Part shown: positions 22,429-34,879 of the stretch, in pieces
Layout of the letters: the number at the start of each line of letters is the position of its first letter
How positions within the stretch are numbered: the stretch's first letter is position 1
Assembly (NCBI RefSeq): GCF_000143415.4
Contig: NW_003314292.1
Coordinates: 1,619,498 to 1,683,497 of the forward strand
Direction of reading: 5' to 3'
Source: Selaginella moellendorffii
Lineage: Eukaryota; Plantae; Lycopodiophyta
Length of the DNA stretch: 64,000 nucleotides
Notes under the pieces: generated by a model
Told to the model about the DNA's origin: nothing
The model's input: only the letters and a program-made list of their open reading frames with translations
Databases searched by the model: none
Position numbers and translations under genes: made by a program

Positions 22429-24209
22429 ACTACAACGCTATGTTCCTCTGCCCAATTCCAGCGGCTTGACGAACCAATTTGCGATTTTGCTGCGATGGGT
22501 CGCTGCGAGACGCTGGATTCTGCCGGGAAGCGGCTCGCTTTGGCGCGGAAAATCCTCGCTGGGCGGCACCGCCACCGAAGACCTTGTAGAGAAAATGAAG
22601 AAGAAGACGAAGCGAAGAGGCCTAGCTAGGTATTAAAACAGTGGTGGGCGATTGCGATTCCACCAAAAAACTAAGAAAAAAAGAAGAAAGCACGCTGTTG
22701 CGCTGGGCCGTGGCGTCGCGGGCCAAGATTGATCGAACGATAGAGTGGGAGAAGAAGACAAAGATTAGAGAGGAAAGAAAGAGCGAGATGAGAGAGAGAG
22801 AGTGGAGTTCTCCTCGTCGCAAGTCAGGGAAGACGGCGTACAAATGACGACCAAACGTTTTCAATGCATCGCTCACACCATTAACACACCCCGACTGGCA
22901 CTGCTCACACGCACACGAAGAAAAAGATAAACTTCCAGCTTCGCGCGCCAGGGAGAGAGCTTCGATCGATGGGAGGAAGAAAAAGGAAGGGGGTCTAGGA
23001 CTCTCGCTCGTGAAAGAAAAATCGACCAAAACCAACAGCGACTCACCAGCAAACCGCATCAAATGCCCGCAAACCAAACCCTCTCGCTGTCACACGATCA
23101 AGCACACAAAACCTTTGAATCCATTCAAACCCCTCGCAAGGTTTTTGGCTTTGAATGGTGGTGGTGGCGCAAACCCAGGGTGGAAGATTTCTCTCACACA
23201 CACAGAGAAACAAAAAGGGGAAGGAAAAGATGGTGGCGATGGTGGTGGCGCCGCCAAGCGATCTTCCTCGTCCTTTTTCTTCAAAGCATATAAGATACGA
23301 GATCGATCGCCCACCCACACAACCGTAACACGCAAACAACAAGGGCAATACAATCGAAAAGCCAGACCTCGATCTATCATTTACCAGCGACGTGACAAGC
23401 GAATGAAAGGTGATGGTTCCAGGCGATGATCACGGCAGGCAAAGCGACCGATCGCGCGCGTATATTTGTACCCCACCCGAGCGATGGAGAGCTTTCGCGG
23501 CGTTTGGATCGCTCGATGGAGCGGTCAGTGGATGTTTTCAAGAGGAAAGAGATTTCTTGGGTGGTAGTAGTAAAAGTATGTGTATGTATGGTAGGGACAA
23601 GCGCGCATTAAATGAGCTTGAAAAGAGTGGCGTGCCAGGAAGGGAGGGAGCATTTGGGGAGCCCTTGCATTCAATGGGAGGGCTTTGATCCCGGGAATCA
23701 AAGCCGGGCATATTCCGCGAATAACGCATACACGCATTCAAGCCCTCCACACCCAGTCGCCAAAATCTAATGCTTGCTATCCAATCGGAGTGAGAGAGTG
23801 AGTGAATTGGCAAATGAATCGAGCGCGCCCGCCATTAAAGTTCCTCGACTGGATCGATCAATTTCAAACGCGCATTGATACGGCAGTAAATCTGTCTCAT
23901 TACGCGCGGGAGGAGGAAATTACTGCAGCACTCTCGCCAATTTTTCCGCTTTTCACCATAGATAGATGAGAGGATCAAGGGTTGACGACGCATTGTCAAC
24001 GGATGTGTACAGAGATCCTCAAGAAATGATGAACAACACAATCATGTGGCGCTGTTAGTCAACAGCCACTAGCGCGAGATTAGGGTTCTTGGATTCAAAT
24101 AATGGCCGTCAGATGGACTCCATCGAACGGATGTTAGCTGGTTTATTTACTTTTAAGGCAAGAGGATTTGAATGTGGAGCGTTCGATCTTGGCCATCGGA
24201 CAGCCGAGG

Positions 24210-26096
24210 ATGGACCGGGACAAATTTGCCCGGGCGATTCAATCGTGCACGACTCTGTCCGCCGGGAGAGAGATCCACGCCCGATTCGCGACTGTGCTGA
24301 GCACCGGCGACATTTATCTCTCGCACAAGCTGCTAGAGATGTATGGGAAGTGTGGCAGCGCCGCAAGCGCGAGAGTGGTCTTTGATTCCATCCCGAGCAA
24401 GGATTTCTACTCGTGGGATCTCATGCTGTCCGCCTACGCGCGCAATGGCTGCGTCGACGAGGCCGAGTTTGTGTTCCATGCGATGCCGGACAGAGCGATC
24501 GTCTCCTGGAACGTTCTCCTGTCCGCGCTTGCCAAGGCGGGGAAATTGCGACGAGCCAGGCGGTTGTTTGATGAAATTCTTGATCCCAACTTGATCTCTT
24601 GGACCACGATCGTAGCTGGGTATGCGCAGTTTGGCCAGATTGCGGAAGCAAAATACCTCTTTGATCGAATGCCCGAGAGGAACGTCTCCTCCTGGAACGC
24701 TCTTCTTTCTGCTTATGCCCAGAGCGGGCAATCGATCGAGGCGAAGCAGCTGTTTGATTTGATTCCAGTCCCAAACATGAGCTCCTGGACAGTGATTGTC
24801 GGAATCTGCGCTCGCAGTGGCAAAATTGAAGAGGCCAAGAGATGTTTCGATAAAATGCCAATGCGTGATCTCATTCTCTTCACGATGATGCTCACAGCAT
24901 ATGCCCAAAATGGGCATATTCTCCAAGCAAGAGCCTTGTTCAGCGAGTGTCCACAGTGGGATCTAGTGTCGTGGACCGCCATGTTGACCGCCTATTCCGA
25001 GAGTGGCGATTTCGGAATGGCCAAGGAGATCTTCGACCAAATGGAGGTTCAGGATCTCATCTCCTGGACCGCCATCCTGACCGTCTATGCCCACAACGGG
25101 CGCCTAGCGGACGCTCGAGATGTGTTTCAACGAATGCCGCAGAGGGACCTGGTGACGTGTACTGCCATGTTGGCCGCTTATGCCCAATCAGGGCAACTTG
25201 ATCAAGCGAAAAGGATCTTCGACGAGATGCCCCAGCGGGACTTGGTGACGTGGAGTGCCATGCTGGCAGCTTATGCCACGCAAGGGCATCTGGAGGAGGC
25301 AAGGACGGTGTTTGAAGCTATGCCAGAGAGGAATCAAGTGACGTGGACGTCCATGCTGGCAGCTTATGCCGGAATGTCTTACGTGGAGCATGCCAAGCAG
25401 GTCTTTGACGCCATGCCCGAGCAAGACGTGGTCGCATATAACGCAATGGTTGCGGTATACGCCCATAACCGGCATTTGGAGGAAGCAAAGCTTATGTTTG
25501 ATTCAATGTCGCAGCGAGACCTAATCTCGTGGAGCGTTATGGTTGTGGCGTATACCCAACATGGGCATATAGGTCTCGGCAGGAGGATCTTCGATCGGAT
25601 GCCTTCTCAGGACATGATCTCTCAAAGTGGAATGCTGGCTGCTTACGCATATACTGGCAGTCCAAGCAGCGCATTTGATCTCTTGGACGAGATGAGACTG
25701 ATTGATCCGCCCGACGAGAGCTGCATTGCATCGCTGCTCATTGCTTGCAGCCGCCTGGGAAGAGTTTTCGATGCTCGATGCTGGATGACCTCGATGAAGT
25801 TTGACTATGGGAGGAGCCCAACAAAGCAGCACTACACTTGCATGGTGGATGTTCTTGGGCGATCTGGGTATCTCACAGATGCAAGGGATCTCTTAGATTC
25901 CATGCCTTTTATGCCTGATACTTTGGAGTGGACGTGCTTTCTCTCGGCGTGTTTCGATCACAACCAACTGGAATTTGGAGTAGAAGCGGCCAAGAGCGTT
26001 CTAAACTCCTTCCCAAAACATGGGGCTTTGTATGTGCTGCTCTCCAATTCCTTGCAAGGAAAGGCGTTGACTGGACTGACTAGACTTTACCGTTGA
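24210..26096 (+). CDS. PLS-class PPR protein, long run of 31-aa S-type motifs, C-terminal E region, no DYW
   Basis: First in-frame ATG at 24210 (MDRDKFARAIQSC). Repeats of the form RDLVSWTAMLTAY..G....A..IFD.MP, then HYTCMVDVLGRSG...WTCFLSAC...YVLLSN. Confidence 0.9.
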   Translation: MDRDKFARAIQSCTTLSAGREIHARFATVLSTGDIYLSHKLLEMYGKCGSAASARVVFDSIPSKDFYSWDLMLSAYARNGCVDEAEFVFHAMPDRAIVSWNVLLSALAKAGKLRRARRLFDEILDPNLISWTTIVAGYAQFGQIAEAKYLFDRMPERNVSSWNALLSAYAQSGQSIEAKQLFDLIPVPNMSSWTVIVGICARSGKIEEAKRCFDKMPMRDLILFTMMLTAYAQNGHILQARALFSECPQWDLVSWTAMLTAYSESGDFGMAKEIFDQMEVQDLISWTAILTVYAHNGRLADARDVFQRMPQRDLVTCTAMLAAYAQSGQLDQAKRIFDEMPQRDLVTWSAMLAAYATQGHLEEARTVFEAMPERNQVTWTSMLAAYAGMSYVEHAKQVFDAMPEQDVVAYNAMVAVYAHNRHLEEAKLMFDSMSQRDLISWSVMVVAYTQHGHIGLGRRIFDRMPSQDMISQSGMLAAYAYTGSPSSAFDLLDEMRLIDPPDESCIASLLIACSRLGRVFDARCWMTSMKFDYGRSPTKQHYTCMVDVLGRSGYLTDARDLLDSMPFMPDTLEWTCFLSACFDHNQLEFGVEAAKSVLNSFPKHGALYVLLSNSLQGKALTGLTRLYR

Positions 26097-26244
26097 CGCA
26101 ATCGCCACCGTTGGGAGGCCATTCCATCTTGGCCGTTGGAATCGGCCAGGTTTAGAGTCATAGTGAGCTTTGAACGCCAGGGCGCTAGCACGGGGAGAGA
26201 GCTTCTATGCGCTTCAAACCCTAAGGCGTTTGGGCGCATCGATC

Positions 26245-28333
26245 ATGCCGGTCGCGGCTTCCGCGATCTACTTCCTCAACCTGCGAGGGGATGTGCTCAT
26301 CAATCGCCTCTACAGAGACGATGTCGGGTAAGAATCCTCCCAATTCTCTCCGGCATTTCGAGCGCTAGATCTAGGGTGTCCTGGGGCAGCACGGGGTCAT
26401 ATTTCGCGAGCTTTTGGGTCGGCTGGGGCCCGAGATCCAGCTCCGGAGTGAGAATTTAGGGCTCTTAGAGTGACTGGCTACGTTTAATTTTGCAGAGGGA
26501 ACATGGTGGACGCCTTTAGAACGCATATCATGCAAACCAAGGACTTGGGAACTTGCCCCGTTCGCCAGATTGGTGGATGCTCCTTCCTCTACATGCGGAT
26601 CAGCAATGTCTACATTGTGATCGTCGTCAGCAGCAATGCCAATGCTGCCTGTGCTCTCAAATTTGTTGTGGAGGTCTACACTTTCAGAGATTTTGTTTCT
26701 CTTGTTCTTAAACTTTGCTCCTTTCTCGTTGGTTTTTCACAGGCTGTGGCTCTTTTCAAGAGTTATTTCGGTGGTGCTTTTGATGAGGACGCTATCAGAA
26801 ATAACTTTGTGCTCATCTACGAGCTTCTCGACGGTATTTTCGTTTGGTTTCATGGAAAATTCATCACGCTTTTGAATGTGCAGAGATCATGGACTTTGGA
26901 TACCCGCAAAATCTTTCTCCTGAGATTTTGAAGCTCTATATAACTCAGGAGGGTGTTCGTTCGCCATTCTCGAAGGTAGCGATGTGTTGCATTGCCTGGC
27001 TGGTTAACAGAATTTATCTCTTTCCAGCCCATAGATACAAGACCCCCAGCAAATGCTACTCTCCAAGTCACCGGTGCAGTGGGATGGAGAAGAGAGGGTC
27101 TTGTTTACAAGAAAAATGAGGTTTGCTGTTTTTCAAACTTTGATGCTAGACTAATACCGTATGCTTTCTAGGTGTTTTTGGATATCGTGGAGAGTGTGAA
27201 CCTTCTTATGTCACAAAAGGGTAAGGCGCTTGCCACTGAAAAGTCCTTGTTGGAAATATTCTTCCTTCTTTATGTAGGGACAATCCTCAGATGCGACGTA
27301 ACAGGGAAGATTCTCATGAAGTGCTTTCTATCGGGCATGCCTGATTTAAAGCTCGGGCTCAACGACAAAATAGGACTTGAGAAGGAAGCACAGGTGAAAG
27401 CGCGTCCTGCAAAAAGGTATGCTTTAAGGTGTACATTAGTGCAACCTTTTTGATTGATAAAAATTTTGCAGTGGGAAAACGATAGAGCTGGACGATGTCA
27501 CGTTTCATCAGTGCGTCAACTTAACCAGATTTAACTCCGAGAAGACGGTCAGCTTTGTTCCCCCGGATGGAGAATTCGAGCTGATGAAGTACTGGACAAG
27601 TTTGTGATGGTATAGCTAACTTGGTACTTATATCTTTTCATATCTTTTCCAGGTATCGAATCACTGAAGGGATCAACCTTCCCTTTCGAGTTTTTCCCAG
27701 CATCAAAGAACTTGGTCGCACGCGTATGGAAGTGAATGTGAAGGTAAACCAATATCTCTCAAGGCTTTCTTCTCAAGACTTCGTGCAGGTCAAGAGTCTC
27801 TTTGGATCAAAGATGTTTGCTCTTGGCGTAGTTGTAAAAGTTCCAGTCCCTAAGCAGACGGCAAAAGCGAGCTTTCAAGTTACATCCGGCCGCGCCAAGT
27901 ATAACGCCTCAGTGGATTGCTTGCTATGGAAGTAAGGCTCCTTATCTTCGATTGTTTTCGTAACTGGACCACCAATTCTCAGGATCCGGAAGTTCCCCGG
28001 CCAAGCCGAGCTGACAATGAGTGCCGAAGTGGAACTTATCTCAACGATGGTCGAGAGAAAGAGCTGGACACGACCTCCAATTCAGATGGAGTTTCAAGTA
28101 AAAAACACTATCTTTCTCTTGCGTGATTTCTTACAATTTCTTACCAGGTCCCAATGTTCACTGCCTCTGGATTGCGGGTGAGGTTTCTCAAGGTAAGCAA
28201 ACTCGTCGCGATTGTTTAGGAATTCTGGAATGATTTCTTTCTGGCTCCTCAGGTGTGGGAAAAGAGTGGATACAGCACAGTGGAATGGGTACGCTACATC
28301 ACAAGAGCTGGATCGTACGAAATAAGGTGCTAA
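26245..28333 (+). CDS. AP2M: AP-2 adaptor complex medium subunit mu2, multi-exon
   Basis: [79 protein letters not shown], ending [21 protein letters not shown] introns. Confidence 0.95.
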
Positions 28334-28812
28334 AAAAACGTGAGGGAAGGGAAGAAAATTTTTTGTTTGTTTTCCTTGTTGCAATGTGTGTAAATGTAAT
28401 CCCTTGATTCTTTCTCCGCGTGAGCTGTTTTATTTTAAGGGTTTAGCATATTCTTGGTAGAATATACTAGAAGCATATTTTCTTTTTAATTTTTTTTAGG
28501 GCTCGTGTTACTCTAGGGTTCTTGGTTGCTAGTCTAGGGTTATTGGCTTGCGGCTGTCGCGATGTGATGCGAACCAGCGCTGAGGTTTCGATCGATGACG
28601 CATTCGAATCAAATCAGTCTTCAAAGTTTTCTGATCGCGCGGTTGACTGATTGCTAGCTAGATTGATTTGTTTTGGACGCTTACAGACGGTCGAGCTCCT
28701 GCCGTGCTCTGCTCTCCAGAGCAGGAGCTCAACATAATCTTAAGCAATATCGACTGGATTGGAGCTGGCCGCTGTGGGATTGCTTCGATTGAATCGATCC
28801 CCAGCGCATTGC

Positions 28813-29982
28813 TCACATTGCTTGAAGAGGAAGAGGATGCTCTTTAATTTCCCCCTTCTCGGCGCTGGGCAGAGGCTCCAGATCCATCGCCGGTTTGTCC
28901 TCGTTCTGGACGATCTGGAGCTCCCCATTGCAGTAGAACGGCATTCCAGAGAAGCCCACGTCTCGCCGGAGCATGAAAAATCCCCCAGAGGGGCTGGCGG
29001 CGCTGGGGATGAGCGCGAGCCACACTGCGGTGTCCGCTCCAATCTCCACCGAATGCCCGACCTTGGTCGTCATGTCCGTGGCTGTCAATCCCGGGCACAT
29101 CGAATTCACGAAGATCTGGCGGTCCTCTCGCGAGCTCTGCGCGATTTGCTTGTGGAGGAGGCGCGTGTAGGCGGCGGCGGCGATCTTGGAGACCCAGTAG
29201 CTCGAGACGGCCTCTGGATCGCCCGGGACGTAGTCGAAGGTCGGCCAGCCAGCGGCGGTCACTCGATTCTCCTCGACGTGGCGGAGGAATTCCGCGATGA
29301 ATCGATCGATCTCTTGGGCGGTGAGGCGCCGGAGGTCTTGCAGCCTTTCTCTCCACTCGTTCTTGACGAACTGTTACGTAGAAACAAAGATGAGAACAAA
29401 GATCTTCGGGAAGAGAAAATCTTTACCGCGATGTCTCCGGCCTTGGAGTTCATGTTGATGATCCGGCCGCCGCGCTTGAGGAGTGGGAGAATCGCCTCGG
29501 TGGTCCTCTTGAGGCCGTAGTAATTCGTGCCGATGATCGTCCTCGCCGCCTCGAGTCTGTCACGATCTAGCAGCAGCATCACTCCCGCATTGTTTATCTG
29601 CAAGGAGGATACACGAATCTTAGATGTGATCACCGAGATCCCGCAGTAACGAATGCCAAGAACACCAAGAACACCAAGAACACTCGAAGTATTTTCCACT
29701 TGCCAGGATGTCAATGCCCGATGGATACTCCGCCGCGATCCAGCGCGCGATTTCTTCCACGGATCCGGCGTCGCAGACGTCCAGGCGGTGGTAGACGACC
29801 GCCAATCCCTCGCGCGCCAGGGTTTCCGCAGCCTCGCGGCCCCGGCGCTCATCCCTGGATGTGAGAATCGTCGTAATGCCGCGCGACGCCAGCTCGCGCA
29901 CGATCTGGAGGCCGAGCCCTTTGTTGGCGCCGGTGACGAGCGCGATCGTGTCCTTGCTCCACCATGTGGAATCCATGACCAC
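28813..29982 (-). CDS. Short-chain dehydrogenase/reductase (carbonyl reductase/neomenthol dehydrogenase-like); join(29704..29982,29427..29597,28813..29370)
   Basis: ALVTGANKGLG cofactor motif, DIL|INNAG, TNYYG, catalytic YWVSK and VNSMCPG. Intron 1 has a GC donor. Confidence 0.9.
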
Positions 29983-30079
29983 TGATCCAACGAAGAACTG
30001 CGCTATATGTGTGAGGTGATAGTTTATCTTCTAGAGCTCCACTATCGTATTTTATTTGAAGTGGCATTCACGCGGCATT

Positions 30080-32780
30080 AAGGAAGCGCTTGTCGCTGAA
30101 ATCGATAGTCTGGTCGGGTCGTTTCGCTTGGATTTTTCGATGCGATCGAGCATCCAACTGTTGCCGTCAAGTCTTAGGGTTTATCTGCGTGTCTTCTTGT
30201 GACCACGCTGGAGGAGCAATGGCCACTCCATAGGCAAATCTGGATCAAGATGTATGGATCACTCGCGTTATTTCCACGATATCGTGATCATGTTATCAAG
30301 TTAGAATGTTATTTTTCTTCCACTCAATGTTTCTACACACTGTCGCCGTCAATGCAAGTGATACGCAAGAGTGCCAACAACACGTCCAAGGTTCGATCCA
30401 AAATTCTCGCCGGCTGCTTGCACGGCTCAAAGATTGCTCCGCTGCCAAAGACTTGGAGCGAGGAAGGATTGCTCACGCTGATGCCATCCAAACGGGTATG
30501 GAAACAAACACACTCTGATAAACATGTTCGCAAAATGTGGCAGCCTCGCGGACACCCGCACGACGATGTGGTCCCTTGGAACGCGCTCATGCCGATAACG
30601 ATCAAGGAGAGCTCGCGCTCGATCTCTTCTCCAGGATGAGGTCAGAAGGATGGTCTCTCTTACGTCGCTGCTTGAAAGGCTTGCAGTTGCTTAAGAGAAG
30701 CTCATGGTCCAGCGGCAAGTTTTTGCTAAGGTTTGCACCGCTCGATAAAGCCAGGGAGCTCATCAGTTTATATGCCAAGTGTGGGAGTGTGGGAGTGTGG
30801 GAACTTGGCTGACGCCTTCCAGGTTTTTCAGAGGATCCCGAGTCACAGTTTGGTCTCCTGGACGGTTTTGGTACTTGGTTATGAGGAGAATCTATCAGGG
30901 CGTGCTGGCAGCGAAAGAAGCGGTTAAGCTCCCGAGCCAACACAAACTCGTCAAGGCGGCGGCTCTGGAAAAAGCTGTTCCTCCGACACAGATATATTCG
31001 TGGCAAACGCAGCGCTCGATATGTTTCTCAAGTGTGGAAGCCTCGAAGATGCTTGCCAGGTGTTTGAGAGGATCCAGCGCCCGGATGTTGTGTCGTGGAC
31101 AACTTTGATCGTGGGATACTCCGAGAACCGCGAGCCAGAGGTGGTCCTCGAGCTGTTCCAACGCATGCAACTCCAGCTCGTGGCGGTGGTAAAAGCTTGC
31201 ATGGCTCTGGGTGCGATCGGGCAGAAGATAGATGGAAAGGTTGTCAAGGCGCAAAGCTTGGAGAAGGGAATGGCCATTCACGCGATGGCTGTGTCGCAGT
31301 TTTACTACGACTCGGATGTTTTTTTGGCGAGCTCGCTGGTGGAGATGTATGCAAGATGTGGGAGCTTGCTCGACGCTTGCAAAGTTTTCGACAGGATCGT
31401 CTCGCACGACTCGGTGTTGTGGACGGCTTTGGTGCTGGGCTATGCTGATAATGGAGAGGAAGAGATTGCTCTCGAGTTATTCCGGTGCATGAGTTCTCGA
31501 GGCTGCACACCAGATTGTCGGACTTACGTTGCGGAGGAGGCTCGGAGAGTCTTCCTGGGAGGAGCTGCTTCACAAAACTTGGTCTCTTGGACGTCACTCG
31601 TGCTTGGCTACGCTCGAAACGGTAAAGAAGATCTGGCACTGGAGGCTTTCACTGGTTTGCGACCACAAGGCTGTGTCCCGAAGACTCGACCGATCGTAGC
31701 AGCACTGAAAGCCTGCATTGATCTGGCCGAGAAAGAAGATGGAACTCAAGTCGAGGGAAATTTTGTCAAGTTAGCAGCTCTCGAGAAAGGAATGGCGGTC
31801 CACTCGGAGGCAGCAGCCAAGTGTCCCGGTGACTTGGAAAACACCTTCGTCGCGAGCAGCTTGATCGACTTTTACGTCAAGTGTGGAAGCATGGGCGATG
31901 CTCGGCGAGTTTTTGACACTATGCCAGATCCGGGCCTGGTTTTGTGGAGCACGCTCATGCTGGGATACGCCGATGATGGAGAAGGTGACATAGCACTGGA
32001 GCTCTACAAACTGGTCAACAAGAGTTACACCCCCGACACTCAAACTCTGGCCGCTGCTCTCACTGCTTTTGCCAGGGTTGTGTCTCTCCAAGCTGGGAAA
32101 GAGATCCACTCGGAGATTTACAGGTGTGGCTTGGAGGGTGATGCGACGTGCATGGTGGACTTTTATGGCTGGCTTGGATGGCGTTGCTTGGGGCTTGTCA
32201 CAAGTGGAGGGACATGAAGCATGGGAGGATTGCGTTTGAGGCATTGGTGGTGTTCAATCCAGAGAGCTCAGCTGCTTACGATCCTATGTCTAACATCTAT
32301 GCAAGTTCTTGACAAGAACTTTACACTTTGTAAAAGTTGAAATGATGTGGCAATGGTTGTACCCATGTGGCAATATATATATACCTATATATAATTCATT
32401 TGTCCACTTTCATGGTATTTAAGCCCTCTTGATCCTGGGTTGCTAAACATGAGGCTATTAATGAAGAGGAAAATGAACAACAATCCCTTTTATAATGTTT
32501 GGGATGATTAATGCATTAGATGTTTAAGGCGCTAGATCAAAGCAATGCTAGACTGTCACTTAGAAATTCAATTGTTAGTTAATAGAGGATGCAATAGCAT
32601 GGCAGTTACCAGATTAAACCCATAGAAAAACAAGAGTGTGTGCAAGTAAAGTCAAAACATAATGATGAGTTTTTCATATATTTTTCTCCCCATGTTCTTA
32701 TGCAAACATTGGAGCCCTAAAGCCATAAAATATTCCCAGAATATTCTCTTGGTATTCAAGGTTAATATGAAAAGTCAAGG
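30080..32780 (+). pseudogene. Internally deleted copy of the PPR gene at 60165-63296, with flanks
   Basis: Colinear near-identity to 59960-63870 with many small deletions and several large ones (e.g. parent ~61600-62135 and ~62785-63150 are absent). Frameshifts. Confidence 0.9.
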
Positions 32781-33248
32781 AACACTGCAACTTGCAAAGG
32801 TTTAACTGAATCTTCAGCCTTTTACTCAGGCACTGCACATTTTCACATTTGCCAAGAATTCCTGAAGAATGCCTTTGGATTTGTCTCCGGGAGAGAGATG
32901 TCCTAGAGCCTCCAAGGCATGTGAACAAAGATGGAGGAGAGTCTCCCCAGGCAATATGTCACAACAGTCTCTTGTGATCAAAAGCCAAACATTCTGCACT
33001 AAACAGAAGTCTTGGGAAAATCTAAGGCTCACAAAAGGATTAATGTATAGATAGAAAAAATTAAAAGAGAATTTAGAATTGACTTTCAAATCACCATTCA
33101 GCAAGATGCAATTAGCATAGAACAGCATCATGGCAAACGACATATGCCATTTTTTGGTTATATGGCAGTATGGGACTCTATCTCTGGATGCACCAGCACC
33201 TTGTAGTCAAAATGCACCTCAAGCATTTCAACCCCATGAATGCCATGC

Positions 33249-33308
33249 ATCGATCCAATCGCGCAGTAGTCGCCTGCCATCGAAAGCCCTAGAAAAGAGA
33301 GGAAATGA
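33249..33308 (-). pseudogene. Remnant of the 5' end of the NTPase-nuclease gene family
   Basis: atcgatccaatcgcgcag..gtcgcctgccatcgaaagccctagaaaagagaggaaatg matches 42145-42210 and 45962-46027. Confidence 0.8.
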
Positions 33309-33808
33309 ATATCTTGAGAATAGGGTCAGATGTTAACTTGTTTGTTAACTTAGCTGGAGAGGGCTGATGACTGGGTCAGGGGCTCCAAAACTCAACAACC
33401 AGAGCTGCACGATATGGGTATGTGCTTCAAAATGCTGTAGGATGTCCTACTCTCTAGCAAGCATCATTTCTTGCCATCTCTCACATTTTTTGTCAAACAT
33501 GCACAAACTATGGAGAGCCAACTTGATCATATTATCCTCCGGGTGCACAATGTAAATGTTTATTCCCTGGAGATAATTCCCACTAGTCAAACTTGCCAAG
33601 TTTGGAGTGTTGATAACAACCCCAAAAACTGTCCCATTTGACCTTGTGCTAAGATCTTGAGATTGGAGCTGCACAGCATCACAAACCTCTGCAAGACAGC
33701 TCCAAAGCCTATGACTATTAGTGCTACTAGTGCTGCAGAGCATGCACTATTTGGAAACCCACAAGCTCTCACATAGCAAGCCAAATGATGTGGTTTTTCA
33801 AATTTTAA

Positions 33809-34700
33809 CTATATGAAAACACTAGATAAGAGAAATAAGACTTCCAATATGAGAAAATTATATAGAAGAGGCAAGCCATTCATGTGGTACTGTGCTTGCT
33901 CCTGTTTTGTCGAATGTGGCTGCTTCTTGAGGATTAATCCCTTGAACTTTAATGTATAGCTTTGTAAACTCTCACCTGGCAAGAGTTGGAAATGACTCAG
34001 ATCACTCATAAGTCGTTGTGAAAAGCTTACCGGCCTGAAAGTAGCCAAAAAGGATACCCTCAACGCTGCCCAATCTATCACTGTTGGAACTTGAGCCATC
34101 CATTCTGCAGCTACACCTTGTAACGTGGCTGAAAAAAGTTTCCTGCAATCTATTGCATCTGCCTTGACTTGTTGCTGTTGAGGCTGTTGTACTTATTGGA
34201 TTGTGGCTGTTGTTGCCGTTGCTCTACTGGCTGTTGCCACTGTGGTGATGACTGGAACTCCTACCATTCATCTTCTTGTTCTTGATTATTCTCCTGCTTG
34301 CTGACAAGACTACTTGGTTGAGGATTTGCACTCCTCGCTCTTGGACTCTTGGGATCATAATCTAATGGCAGATTTCTCACAAGAATTCTCAAATCTCTCT
34401 CACGTCTTTGCCTTGCTTGTCTTTCCTCTTGCTCTTGCGCTTTTACAAGTCTCGCCAAGTACTCTTGACTTCTTTGGCTCATACACCAGGAAGGAATGGC
34501 CTCGATTTGGTGAGGGTAGCTTGGCTTCTCCTAGTGCTCACCCTTCTACCACAATCTCCACACTTGCTTCGCTTCTTGGGCAGTGCACTAAACGATGTTG
34601 CTCCTCACGACGACACACTAGCAAAGTGGAGAATCATTGCTGCCTAACCTCATTCCTAGCCTCATCAGCTGCTAGAACCTTTGCCAACATCCTAACCCAA
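33809..34700 (-). mobile_element. Decayed Ty3/Gypsy-type gag fragment
   Basis: FSATLQGVAAEWMAQVPTVIDWAALRVSFLATFRP...QLLPGESLQSYTLKF is a retrotransposon gag pattern. Gln-rich upstream part with stops. No LTRs recognised. Confidence 0.6.
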
Positions 34701-34879
34701 GGTTGCCCACAAGTCGGACAACTCACACAAATTGGTTGATCTCAAGCAATTTTCACTATGATGTGACTATAGTTACTGTTGCACTACCAACCTTTGCTCC
34801 ATGCGCTCCAAGGCTGTCGAATGAGGCATCCTTCCAAGAACCTTCTCTTTATTTCATTCCTTTCACTTCTACACACATG

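Noticed and set aside
22430-24160. Several 60-150 aa ORFs upstream of the second CFL1-like gene
   Set aside because: GA/CT-rich low-complexity promoter or UTR sequence, with no domain motifs or consistent splice structure.
33360-33790. Missing C-terminal half of the CHAT domain (NSAC peptide)
   Set aside because: The context lacks the hydrophobic strand and downstream G/SLW motifs expected around the CHAT Cys. The segment looks like an unrelated decayed gene piece.
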